Assembly (NCBI GenBank): GCA_011109175.1
Contig: RDEW01000003.1
Location: 186,001 to 250,000, forward strand
Source: Dicyema japonicum
Lineage: Eukaryota; Animalia; Dicyemida
Reading direction: 5' to 3'
DNA: 64,000 nucleotides
The translations under genes and the position numbers were made by a program. Below are positions 50,396 through 63,744 of this stretch, in pieces. A model generated the notes under the pieces. The model was given only the letters and a program-made list of their open reading frames with translations, did no database searches and was not told the origin of the DNA. Numbering within the stretch: position 1 is the first letter of the stretch; every line of letters begins with the position of its first letter.

Positions 50396-51671
50396 TTAAT
50401 CAATATTAAAAGCACCTAATGTTGCAGATATGACTGCTTCAGTGAACTCAGTCGTAGTGGCATATCCACCGGCATCCTGTGTGCAGGCAATTCTGTCGTT
50501 TATCACACTCCGGACTCCTTCAGATATGGCAGCTGAATATTTTTCTAATCCGACGCGATTCAGCATGTTAGCCGTGCACAAAAACAGAGCGGTCGGATTT
50601 GCAATATTTCGTCCTGCCCCTATCAAAAACGAATGCCGGGCTCCCTAACGAATCAATAACCACAATTTCACAGGTTCATATACGGCGACATTATCACTAT
50701 GATTTTCTCCTGGCACAAAGCCGGCACCACCGACTAATCCGGAGACCAAATTGTCAATCACAGCCCCGTACAAATTGGGCATCACAAGAACATCAAACTG
50801 CTGAGGATTCGACACAATCTGTCTTGTCAATTATTCATCAACCTGCATGCAACAATTGTCCACAATCATGCTGTCAAATTTAATGGAGGGAAATTCATTG
50901 GAGACCACTTCACAGCACTTCAGAAACAATCCGTCGCTCAATTTCCTAAAATGAGTTTTAATTGTACATAATATTGGCTTTATGAACCGCAGTAACTTTT
51001 CTTCTGTCATTCTTAAGGGCATAATCGAAGGCGAAGCGAGCTATTCTAAGAGACTGTTTCTCCGTGATGACTTTCAGAGATTCAACAACGTTGGGAACAG
51101 CCAAAATGATAAACTGATTTTAAAACTTGATGCTCCAAGCAAGAATATTCGCCTTCAGTTTGTTCCCTCACTACAATAATGTCGACGTCCTTATAACGGC
51201 AGTTTCTTAACCCGGGCATGGTTTTGGCCTTAACTACATTAGCGTATAAATCAAGAGATTTTCTTAGAATTATCAAAAGAGTTACCTCAGTTGCATATTG
51301 TTTGTGATGAGCTCATCCTTTTTGAATCTGAGGCTGCTTGTAGTGATCCCCTTAATTGCAACTTTATTTTTGTTGATTGACTCAACGACAGTCCCAACAG
51401 AAACACTCAAATGTGGAGAGACTTCACTTAAATGAATTCAAGGCTTGGTACCTTAAAATAAGTTCTTCAAATTTTATAGGTGTCCCCAGAGCTTTTACAA
51501 GTTCCTTCACACTACTCATTAACTCATTTCCAACGCCATCTCCAGGAATCAATGTTATGGGTATTGGATTAGACACCGAGTAGCTTTTATTAATTTGCTG
51601 AGTATAATTAAGTCATTTACACTATGTACGATTCTTCTAGGGCTTAAGAGTCTTCTTAATGTCATCAACAT
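50396..51671 (-). CDS. IDH3B: NAD-dependent isocitrate dehydrogenase non-catalytic subunit (beta-like), 368 aa
   Basis: Seven introns: 51598-51620, 51427-51451, 51263-51285, 51102-51126, 50946-50967, 50819-50842 and 50645-50671. Motifs [34 protein letters not shown] and [15 protein letters not shown]. The N-terminus resembles a mitochondrial presequence. Beta versus gamma assigned by eye. Confidence 0.92.
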
Positions 51672-51803
51672 GGAAGTTATTTGTATTTTTTAAATAAAAT
51701 GAAAGTTAAATATAATTTAATATAATTAGATAACTCACATTGAAACGTTTAAAACCAGAATTATTTTATTTATGGAGAGAATCAATCTATATACCTAAAA
51801 AAC

Positions 51804-52133
51804 CTAAGCCCTCTTATCTCTAGGCCTTTTCTCGCATTCTTTTTTCAGTAGAGCCAAGATGGAGTAACAATAGAGGTTTCCCTCATTTCTGTAAAGAACC
51901 AAGAAATCACCTCTAAAACTTATTAGCTCATTTATCGACAGGCAGATCGATCCTGAAGAAGGATACTCCGATCGAATTCCTTTACAAACACAACCAGAGG
52001 CACTATCGGAAAACAGTTTTTTAGTATGTGGACCATCCAAGCAGAGTATGGGGTTTATAAAAACTCCTTTAGCAATCATTTCCTTATAATTCTGATATAG
52101 CGATATCAAGTCCCTCTCAGTTTTGCTATACAT
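51804..52133 (-). CDS. Hypothetical ORF
   Basis: A 109-aa ATG ORF directly upstream of IDH3B, with no recognised motif. Confidence 0.25.
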   Translation of the reverse strand: MYSKTERDLISLYQNYKEMIAKGVFINPILCLDGPHTKKLFSDSASGCVCKGIRSEYPSSGSICLSINELISFRGDFLVLYRNEGNLYCYSILALLKKECEKRPRDKRA

Positions 52134-53249
52134 ATGGGGGTCCTGTATAGTTTCTCTTAACTAATCGTTATTTAATTATGCTGTAATCTAGAAGACATCG
52201 AAAGCAGACTGATTGGATTAAATAACCTCTTTAATTTGTCTATGATCAATTTAGCTGCTTGTAAGCATCAAAGAACAAAGTGTTTCCTTTAATCCGAATC
52301 TTTTTTTCCGAGATAAAATTTAATCCGAAGACACAGAATTGGTGAAAAGTGAGTCTCAACTTCCTACGCAAGTTGAATGCAGGAATCAGCCAATTTTCCG
52401 AGAAATTTTAGTTATTTAAGTTAAGCTATTATAACGAAAACATCTCTAATTAAGTTATAGTGGAAGTAATGCGAAACGGTAGGATTTTCCAACCGACTTA
52501 TTCCCGGACAGTCTACTCAAGAAATCAATCAAACACAGGATGATTTTTGAAGATAAGTCCCAGATACTTTATTCGAGGTTTTTGAAACCTCGAATAAGAT
52601 TTTCGATAGTTCCGCTAACCTTGCACATTTTCCTTCCAACTATACGGGGGTCGACATAAGAGGATTTATCCCGTAAGCAAGCTTTAGAGCAAATTACGCG
52701 TTTCCTAAAATTTTTTGAGAATTGAGTGTCTCCTTCTTTGAGTCGTACCATCCTTTTAAACAGTATAACACTCCAGGAAGTATTGGGGAGACTAGACAAA
52801 TCAGGTATATAGTTTTTCCTTAACTCTTGTATAAATATGTTTCAGTCACAGTCAAGAGAGGACGCTCTCAGTGATCCAACAGGTGTTTTGATGCTGTGTA
52901 GTCCCGGACAAGAAAAGAGGTGGTTGTATTATGGTGTCAAGAAGGCATGATGGGCAAAGTGGAAAGGAAGATCGTCCAATTCTATTCAGATAAGAACGTA
53001 ATTCAATGTGGTTTATAAAGAATAACTCTCTGTATGCGCCGAGTGGACACGAACCTCCTGCGATAGGGAAGCTCCACTTCTATCAATATTTAATGAAGTA
53101 AGAAAGTGGTAGGAGAACTTAATTCGTAAGAACGTTCTAATCATTAGAATGGAAACATTAAAAGGGAATGGTCTGTGAATAATGAAAATTGTTTTTCTAA
53201 AGACGAGAAATCATTAAATCTTTTTTTGAAATTCCTTCAACAACGATTC

Positions 53250-54122
53250 TAGTTGTCTTTCATACTTGGAAAAATTCATTGCAGTATTGCAACAACAATA
53301 CTCCTGAGCTCTTTGCACGTAAGAAAATAAACTAAATCTTCATTTAATAGCTGAGACTTCCATAATTTCAAATTCAAAGACATTTCATTAATTTGTTCGG
53401 CAACAGTGTTTCTGGTTAATGAAATATCCTTACACAAGCGGGCGCTATCTAGACAAATAATTTTGCTGCTTTTACAAGGCATTGCTTGATGAAATCACCA
53501 TCGCAAATTGATTTTCCATTCATTGCAAGCATTCTTCTAATTTTATAGCTTACAGTAACTGATGCAGTACTTCGATTATGTTTTTTTTGAAATGAGTATG
53601 TAACACAGTTAAATTTTTTCGCAGTTCATTTATCGTTGAGACACGCATTGGATCTTCTTGGTAAATAAGCAACTTAATACCTTCGAAATAATTATATGAT
53701 CGATAATTAGATGTTAATGCCTTTTTAGGTGTATTCTTTCGGTATACCGATAAACTGGTTTTGGTGAATATGCCACCGAAATTCCTCACAAGGACCTCAA
53801 ATGGTGTTGCCCTTATTGATAGTCCCGTGAGTCAGAAGATTGTTTTAGTCATATTGGATTCAGCGAGTTTTGGAAAGTTTTGTTCCCCAAGCTGCACATC
53901 CATAACTTGAAGGTCATGAGATTATTGAACCAGAAAACCACCGTCATATCCAAAATAACAAACAAGATTTACAAATACTGATTCAAAAATTTAATTAAAT
54001 GTAAAAATAACAAAATGATTTTTCGTGTTTTATAGCCATTAAATCGTCCGCTCTTAAGCTTGTCAAAGTCCGCATGAAGGTCGCACCTATGCTTGTCAAG
54101 GGACGCATGTTTGACACCCCGG
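53250..54122 (-). mobile_element. hAT (GTF2IRD2-like) 5' remnant
   Basis: KDISLTRNTVAEQINEMS and a TIR-like GGGGTGTCAAAC on the minus strand near 54120. Confidence 0.6.
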
Positions 54123-55768
54123 TTCTATGGGTACTATTCTGAAATCAGTCATTTGAAGATGAACAAATCAAAAAAATTACCGTCAAACCGACAACTGATA
54201 GGGAATGCTAAGAACTCATCAAAAGTAGGCCCATATTGAATTTTTAGCATCCACTTGAATAATCTCGATCCAAAGGGGCTCTTGGAAATTTTCACCGCTC
54301 CCTCAAACTCCTGATTTATTTTTGTAAACAATCATTATTATTCAGAAAGCTAATAAGGATCCATGAGATCCAGGATTTTCCTCTTTATCCTCCTTCCTGA
54401 CCATTCTCGCTTCTATCGACATAAGCAATGCATTTAATAGAACCTCGCAACACGTGCTCCCAATAACATTATTTCATCGGAAATTCCATCAATTTTACAG
54501 AAACGGCTAACGTCATTCTTACATGATAGAATTGGTCGAAATGTCAATTTCATTCCCATATTTACTAAACAGGGTTTCGCAAAGACTATTATAGCCTCTC
54601 CCCCGCACTATTTAACTTTCATTTAGACAATATTCTTATAAACTCTTACTCTCTTATGCACAAGAACATTGATGAAACCTCCACAAGACTACCACAAGCA
54701 ACAACTAGATATTCTAACATCATGGATACTTGACAATCAACTTACCCCTTTCCTTCGAAATTCCCACAACTTTATGGTCCTTGTGGGATATTTTTATGTA
54801 AATTTTTATCAAATTATTCAAGTCCTTTTGGTTATGATCATCCTTTAATCATTTCTTGAAACGTCCCGAATGCTCCTCCAAACTTATGGGATAGATCTTT
54901 TTTTTATTTATTTAAAACCAAAAGATCACAGAGAAAGAAAGACAAAAAAGTGTTAACAGTTAGGTAATCCCAGTTCCCGTAATCAATCGCGTCATTCAAC
55001 GCCTGTGGTCTTCCATTGTTCCCGCTACAGTACGATAAAGCTTTCTCTCATTCATGCATAGGAATCCGATTTGGGAGGGTAATTTTTTAACCAATCATTT
55101 TTCATGTGTCATGGAAATGGATAGACTAAGCGGATTTTCATCCTCCTCACAGACGCTAAAGAATCCGGATCCGCGATTATGGTCGTAGCTTTCGTGAGTA
55201 TGAGATTGAATATTGATCCAACATGAGGGCCAATAATAGGAATAGTTTTCTGGTATATCGAATTGAGTATGTGGAGCGTAGTCTCCGATAACGCGAATCT
55301 CCAAGCAACAAAGGTATACTTCACAGCCGCTAAATTCGAAGGGGCTCTCTGGACAAGTGCAAGTACAACTTTCAGGTTCTGGAGGTCTTTAGTGAGAACT
55401 TTCTTCGCTTGGGAGTTAAAATATAAAAGCCTGTCTTACGTTAATCCAAGAATTGAGGGAGACATTGTTACTGGTATCTGAACAGGTCCAATGAAAAGTC
55501 TCGGATCTTCTTTGAAACGGCGGTCTGAGGTGAATAAAGTACATATATTCACCTCGGTAAATTTATTCCAGTTCAAAAACAAACCAAAAACACATAAATC
55601 AATAAATTAGAATAATTTTAATTTTGAATTTATCCACATCAACAAATAATAAAGCATTAAAATTACAATACTTTATATTTTTACTAAAAAAAAATTAATT
55701 AATTTTTATCTGGTTAACCAAAAATAAACTATTTAATTGGAGGCATAAATAATAATTTCTTGTGGTGT

Positions 55769-58700
55769 ATGGATATACTTAGACTTCACTACAAAAGATT
55801 GTTAGAGTCGACTGAACAAGATGATATTCAGTCTTTCATAAAGAAAATCTTACTATGGACAGAAGAATATCCGGATTTATATTCTACACAATCATGCTTA
55901 AAGTGTATATATTTGTCACTTAAATATATACTACCATATGAGGTATTTATAAACATAAATCATAGAATTGTGATTTAGTTAAAATATGTATTTTATTTAA
56001 GAATTGTATGAAGAGAATCGAGAACCCAGACCCCCAAATAGTTAATGCTGCTGGCACCAAAATATGGAACATGGGAATAGAAATCGAGAAGAAACTGAAT
56101 TTTACTAAATTAAACTATGAAGAGTGCCTTTCGATTATTTTAAAAACCTTCAATCTACGTAAGATATATCTTCAATTTGCCGATATCAGTCAAAACAGAA
56201 GTCTTTTATTTTGCGGATTTACCCTTGAAAAGTTATTTTACCTCCTAAAAAATCTGAATAGTCAATTTGATTCAATCGGTTTACCTTCTGAATTGATTAT
56301 CTCTGAGTTGAATAATTTCATATCTCAATCGATAAATGAAGTTATAAAATAGAAGAAAAACCTTTGGCAAAGGACATGGTCGTCTGCAAAAGTCTCATAG
56401 TGTTCTCTCTTAGCTGGAGGATATTGATTACCCTTGGGATCTCTGAGATTGAGCTTACTGAACATTTTAAGAAAATATCTGACAATTTGACCAACAATAG
56501 TTCTTGTGAATTGATTATCAACCAAGTGTTTCAACTATGTTATTCAATTTCTATGTTTGTTAATGAATCGAATGATAAAAAATTGTATAATCTTATTTAA
56601 CAATTTTAGAACCATATTAATCGACAAAATCGATCATTTTCAGTCTGTAATTCATTCCTGCTATGACATTCTCAAGAATAGTGACTGCATTTATTTGAAA
56701 CCATTCTCTGATATAATGTGTTGTATTGTCGACAATTCTATTCAGATTTTACAAAAATTATCAAAAATTAATTCATGCCACAATGTATTAGCGAACATGG
56801 CTGGCTTTTTTCGTTCTTGCTTAATTCTCTACATTCGTTCATTGTCAGAACTTAAACAGTATTATGCTGATACTCTCGGTTCACTGCTAGACTATACTTC
56901 AAAATCAATATTAATTTCTGTCAAAAAGGCTTTTAAGTTGTCGATTTTGTTTCACAACGTTAAATTAGGTTTTTATTTCTACTCATGTTTTAGAACCAAG
57001 TATTTTTGACATTAGTGAACTTTTTGACTACGTTTCGCAAATATACATAAATGAATTACCATCATACATTGATTCTCTTAGTAACTTTAGTGGCTTTATT
57101 AATAGTGGAAAATGTACTACATTATGTGAATTTATGCAAAAACGAACATATTTGCTACGGCTATCTATCTAAAGTCGTTAAAATGCTTGGGCATCACTAT
57201 ATACTGACGAATCCAAAAAAGGTTTTCAAGTAATACATAATTCCTAGGATATTTATCAAAAGTTGTTTGAAAGTTTTGTCATATTGTCGTGTCAGTTCTC
57301 AGAATCATCCAATTCTGTTACTGATTTGCTTTTATCATTATGCGAACAGGATTACAAACTATTTCCATTTTTATCAATGTGTTGGATTGATGCCTGTAAT
57401 TTTTTGACTAAATTCAAATCGGATTACAAGTTCTAGTTTTACGGATTTATCTTAGAATTCCTTTAGGTCATCCGCTAGTCGATTGTTTCTATAAACATTC
57501 TCTTAATGATGCACAAGATAAGCATAATTATTGTATAAATGTCGCCTACTATTACTGGAAATGTTCTAATAAGCGTGATTCGTATTATATTGCTGATTAT
57601 TTTAGGTTAATGGTATTTGCGATTCAACTTCAAAATGATGCTATACAAATACTAGAAAATTCAGATAAACTAAAGTCCCTCGCAAATTTTGATGAATTGT
57701 TGGCATCTGCTTATTTATATTTATTCATTTACAAGGAATCCTATACAGTTCTTGCTCAATATGTAATCTTATTAATGTATGTTTAGGAAATTAACATAAT
57801 ACTTAACGGAATTCCTAGAAAAACAGCTAAACCTGGAGAAGAACCATTAGAAAACGAATTATCTAATAATCAGACCCAAGTCTGTATAAAATATGAAGAT
57901 GAATACATGTCTGACTTGTCAAAGGCTCATGAAATATATAAAAAAGTTGCTATGGGTAGTACGAAATGTGCTAATCCATCAACTTATGATAACCTCTTTT
58001 TAATGGCTTCAATCTACAGATATTTCTTGATGGTAATGCATAATTTATATTTTTAGTTTGACAGAGAAATAAAATGTTACTTATTAATACTTTACACCAC
58101 TAGTGATGAGGAGAAAATTGTAATTACGGCTTGTGAGCTTATTCTAGCTTTTATAAACCTCGAACTTTATGATGATGCGAAAATTGTTTTGAATGTGATA
58201 GAGAACATGAAGATTCCCAATAGTCAGAGTCAGTATCGTAGTAATCTTGCACGTGCTAAATACTGTTTATCAAGGGATATGGTATTCTACTCTGTTTATT
58301 TGTAGATTAATGAGGCACATTCGCTTTGTTGCTCTCTCTCTGAATCAGATAATTGTACTAGCAGTCTCATAGAAAATATAAAGAATTCTATTCGACTTTC
58401 CTATATTAACTCCTCAGTCAATTTAAAACGAAAGCAGATTCCGAATATGCCATGTCCCGGTTCATTATTCCTTGACTCTGCAAGTATAAACTATTTTTAT
58501 TTTAGCGAAATCAATTTCTTTGGCCAAAAAGATTGTTGAACGTGAATTTGGAATAACTCAGTTTGAGAATGTGGCCGGTTTTGTGTTAATTATAGCTTTA
58601 GGTTGTACTGATATCTTAAAGTATGAGCTTTTTGATATACTTCTTGGCCAAATATTGCTTCACGGAGATTCCCTGTATCTTATTGGAGCTGCTAGAGACT

Positions 58701-61509
58701 CAAGACAGTTTTACAGGGAGGGATTACGATTGGCCTGTCAGCTACAGATTCCCAGAATGTTCTTTTAACATATTTATTTTTAGGACTCTTATGTTTCTGG
58801 GACGTCTTTCCACACTGGAGCTTGAATCTGGGGATTACTTCCAGGCTGGCTTACATCTCACTTATTATTCTATTATCCTTTATTCCGATGACCGTCCTAA
58901 CAACGATCTTTTGAAATTGCTGCGTAATAATGGTTTAAATTCCATTTATTTTAGATTGTGGACTAAAACTGAACTCTGAAGATGAGGAATTTCTACAAGA
59001 TTCTCTGTTGGATATGAATTTATCCCTGTGTAATGAAAGTGCTATGAGTTCTGCATATACTCATTCTTCGTCTGTGTTTGAAAATCGTTCCCAAATGTTT
59101 ATTGAAGATAATAATGATTTTAAATTGCTGGTACATCTTCCACCGTCTCATACAAATGACTGCAAGTGTGTCTTGTGTAATGACTTGCCATTATTACGTT
59201 TAATTGTGGAATTTTTGGTCATAAAAGACAAAGAGAGCCATCGTGTATACGAACAACAAAGGAACAGGAAATTTTTTTCAACTGCTAATGATCGCTTGAA
59301 TGTCACACAATCACTCAAGTCTGTATTTTTGATTCGATACGAATTATTTGAATGTATATCAAAGAATTTCTCAGTAAATCTCCCACAAGAGTCTATTGAT
59401 CATTCAGCGCATTTATACGCTAAAAATTTCTTGAGGCGTTACAAACTTAAAATGGGTTTAACTGCGCTTAAACTGTGTCTAAAAAGCAAATCTGACAGGT
59501 CAAAAAGCATAATGTTAGCTTTGAATCGTTGCAAAGTATCTTTGCGGACGGATTGTTGTATCACCTTTATCTCACAATTGGAGTTGCATTTTGTCCTTCT
59601 TATGGCTGCTATTGGTCACCATTTTCCTTCTGAGGATTCTTCTGAACTTGTAAAGAACTTGCCTTCAACTCCTCCAATATCTGGAAGAATCATGAGCCTT
59701 AGGGCATCACGTGCTCCTATAAAACGTCGCATCATCCGATCTTTTAACTATTCACGTATTATAATATCTAATTTTAGTCCCCGACGCTTCTTCCAAGATA
59801 AATCTCGTGAATGAACCTATTAATTTGCAGCAGGAGTCCATTATGGGTTCTCAGATGGAATTTGAAGTTAATGATTTGTCGAATAACAAATTAACAGAAG
59901 GAAAATATGTTGAAGGTACTATTTAGATTTGATAGTTTCAGAAATTTCTCGGCTTGAGTCTCTGCTTAGTAATGCAGACTCATTAAAGTCCCAGCCAATT
60001 TATTCAGAACTATCGCGTGTATTGGCTATGTTTTATGCTTTGTCTGGAATGCAGGAAATGTCTTGTTATCATTTGGCGATGGGAACTGCTTGTACCCTTA
60101 CACATTTGCAAATAGCGGCTATTCTTCGGAATAAACGGTTATTTTTGGAGTAAATGTTAGATTTGCAGAAAATCAGGATGGGTCACCCGCACTGATTCAT
60201 GACTCTTTTGATGTTGTTAAATCTAATATAGATTATCAACAATTCATGGATAGTTTATCTGAAATTCCAGATGGTATTCTATATAGTGATATAATAGACT
60301 GGACTGTTGTTCAGTTAACTCGATTTCCAGCATATCCTTACGTGATTTCATCAAATTCAAGAGCTGGGTATATATTTGTTTCAACAATGACTCGAAATTC
60401 TTCCAAATTCAAAATACTGTCAAACACTCATGTTTTAACATTTTATTTAAAGTAGATTGATGATGTCTGTGTTTATATGAAGCTCATATTAAAGGAATCT
60501 GACGCTACCTCATTTGAAAGTAATCAAAGCAAATGGTGGAAGACCAGACATAATTTAGATAACTGTGTTTCTGTAATAATCATTTTCAAATGTATATAGA
60601 AACTGACTGAAAATATGGAATTGGTGGTTTTGGAGCAAGCTAACATTGAAGAATGGACTCGAACGAGACATTTAATTCTTATTCTTGATGGGGTTGTTAC
60701 TGATTAATATCATAGGATCTACATCAGTTGCCATGGGAATCCATCCCCTCCCTTCGAGGGCATTCCGTATTTCGTATGCCTTCCTACCGTTCGTTATTAT
60801 TCATGCTTCGATATCATCGACATAATATTGATTCTGTATACCAAACAGGACTTGATTTGTCTAAAGTTTATTATGTATTGAACCCATCTCGCGATCTTGT
60901 CGATTCTGGTAATTTTTGGAGGAGTAGATTCAAAAAGTTTTGATATTTTATATTTTCAGCTATAAAAATTGGGAGGGAAAATCAGATGAGGCACCTACTG
61001 TTGAAGAAATTTCATTGAACCTTACTACTAAAGATTTGTTAATGTACGTTGTTTTGGTGAAGTTAGATACTGTGGCCATGGGAGTGGAAGTAGATATATT
61101 CCTGGATGGAAACTGCAGCGAATAAATTGTCGCTCTGCAGTTTTTTTACTGGGCTGCAGTTCTGGAAGACTCAGTAACGAATCAGAACGTTGTGGAGGAT
61201 TGTCGAATGTAAAAGACTTGAATTCAGCCAACAACAGTACATTTGATTCATATGGACCAATATTCGATTATTATATCTCTGGATGGTTTGCTATTAATTG
61301 ACTGTTCTAGTCCTTTAACCATATCGAATTTGTGGGATGTCACTGATAAAGATATTGATAGGTTTTTGGAAGGTTTTCTTGATTTGGGATTCAATAAGAA
61401 GGTTGAATATGTCTCAGAAGCTGTTTCTGCGTCGAGAAATGCCTGCAAATTACCCTATTTAATTGGGTCTGCACCTGTTTTATACGGATTACCTCTTCGT
61501 TTTGTTTAA
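55769..61509 (+). CDS. ESPL1: Separase (peptidase C50), about 1,710 aa, 25 tiny introns
   Basis: Manual splicing of 25 GT-AG introns (20-27 nt, one of 32 nt) gives one frame. Zn-site HTNDCKCVLC, WWKTRHNLD, LHQLPWESIP, YYVLNPSRDL, catalytic His in YCGHGSG (61077), catalytic Cys in LLGCSSG (61155), NLWDVTDKDID and LIGSAPVLYGLP. Confidence 0.95.
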
Positions 61510-61699
61510 CGTTTTTGCTTTTTTGTTGTCTTTTCAGATTCGAAATATATAGTTTTTTGTTTTGTACTAAAATTTGAGTTAATTTTAGCTGAAATGTAAT
61601 TGTTTTATTATTAAGCATGAATCATTTATTGTAATAATTTACTTTAAGACGTTAAGTTTATATTCCAAGGTCACCGTTAAACTGATCCCTACAAATTTG

Positions 61700-62200
61700 A
61701 TAAAGGATTTCAGATTGCTCGATACTCCTTCCCTGACCCTTGAAATTGTTCAAGAGATCGAAGGCCTCCATAGGCACATGCATAGGAAATGGATGACTCA
61801 ATATATTGCTAGTAAATTGTTTTTAAAATGGCGACAGCGATAAATTTCCTTTTGCATTGGTGGGCAGGCTTGATCGCCATAGGGGACGCTTGGCGTTCAC
61901 ATCTTCACAGATCAAGACGTCATCCAAACTCCTCAAGGCTGATAGGTCCATCATTGAGTATTCTTCCGAGCATAACCCAGAAGCAGGTGCATAAATATTA
62001 ACTAGAAACAATTGTAGTCACGATGATCTCAGTTATTTCATCATTTTCAAGGATTTTCTTTACATCTGGTGAACCATTCTCGTATTTCAGACTTTTCATA
62101 ATTGATGCGAGGAGTCCTTCACCACGATCCCTAGTACTATTGGCTCGCATTATGTAAAATCAAGGAAAAAGGTACTTAGTGTCACTAGATGATAGTTTTG
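61700..62200 (-). mobile_element. Jockey-like APE endonuclease fragment
   Basis: VNIYAP and ICEDVNAKRPLW, paralogous to 22083-22250. Confidence 0.65.
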
Positions 62201-63744
62201 ATTCATGAATTAGTATTATGTCAATTTAGAGTAAGTTCCATAATCTTCACTTTAATCCCCTTCTCGTTTAGTTAAATTCTTAGTTTGCGTCGTTCAGAAA
62301 CAAGTTTCCGAGATGCCAAGGCCAGAAATTCGTGATCAGGAGCGAAGTGTTCGCCTGGTGGAAAAGAGCCAATGGTTCTTTTTCTCGATGCATTAAGTGC
62401 ACCCTGAGCTACTAAAGAACTTTTGTAACATGTGGAACACGTGTAAATGTAAAAACTTAAATAAAAAAGTATCATAAATTAGTAAGAAGGTCTGGTGAAT
62501 TCACTCTATGATTTGAAAACTCTCCTTGAGTGGTCCGCCACTGTTTCCACCGTTTTCCGGAAATTTTTTCTCGAATTTCTGCAGAGTAACTTAATAGAGG
62601 AGTCTTTTTTAAAGTGACCGAGATTCCTCCGCATAGATAAAATACCTTGGAAAAACGAAAAAAAAACAAAAAAAGATTTACATCCTACGATCTCATATTT
62701 TCTAATTTATATGCCAAAAAACGGTTTTTCAAATCGAGTCACCTTCTTACCATTCGTTTTTTTACACAACGGCACAAAAACCATTTCCCCTTTCCCGATT
62801 TGGCTCTCCATCGCGGGTCTGGTGTAAGCCACCTTAAAAGATCCATACCCCTCTCTTGAGATATTAAAGAAAATCAAGTGTCATATGAAAATTTTAAATT
62901 TCTATAACTGAGCAGCATTGGTGTCACTACCAAATCAGAGGAATTGTTTTACTAATGGAGTCCCATAACATCTGGATTGTTCATATTCAAAAAACCTGAA
63001 GCATTTCAGTTTTTTGGGAAACAAACCTAGCAAGAATAAACGTTGAGAAAATTAATTCCACCCAATCTAGGAAGGTCATCTTTTCACTCACATGGGTTAT
63101 GGCTAGGGCAATATGACCTAAATTAGTTAAAAGCAACCCAAATTTTATTATACATAATTCAAATATGAATTGTTTAAGGTTTCTGTGTTATGCAAGCAAT
63201 AGATTTTTGAACTTTTGCCTTTGTTGCATTTTTAATCCTTTTGATAATGTGTTCAATACCTGTGGTTATCATGGAAATACATTGTGATTCCTTTGGTTTC
63301 GGTAATGACTCTTGTAACCATATGTTTTGTAGTGATAAGTTTTACTTATCAACCCGGACACGAAGATGGCCCCGGGTTCTCATACTATACGACATTAATT
63401 AACTTAATTTTAATCAAATTTATTGCTGTTAGTTGAACTGCTGACGTGGTTCTGAATAATTATGTCTATTCACACATGACGAATGATCTCTTCACACTGG
63501 CGTCATTCAACGTCCGAGGATTAGTGAAGCAGATTTTGAAACGTGTGGAACAAACGGGACCTTGGTTAATATAACGTTCTTTGGTTCTGTGAAAGTGCTT
63601 TTAATAATAATAATAGTGCACGTGAGAACCGGTGGCTTCTCCAGTTGATCTCTGTTGCAATCGTAAGAGGCAACGCAACGTCGATAATGTAGGCAGGGAC
63701 CACTTTGGATGGATGGCTGTGTTAATTACAGGGTTTTCCGATTT

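Noticed and set aside
55769-61509. Reassigned stop codons (ciliate-type code) as the explanation for the fragmented ORFs
   Set aside because: Internal stops fall inside GT-AG segments whose removal restores frame and homology, and the genes end normally in TAA or TGA.
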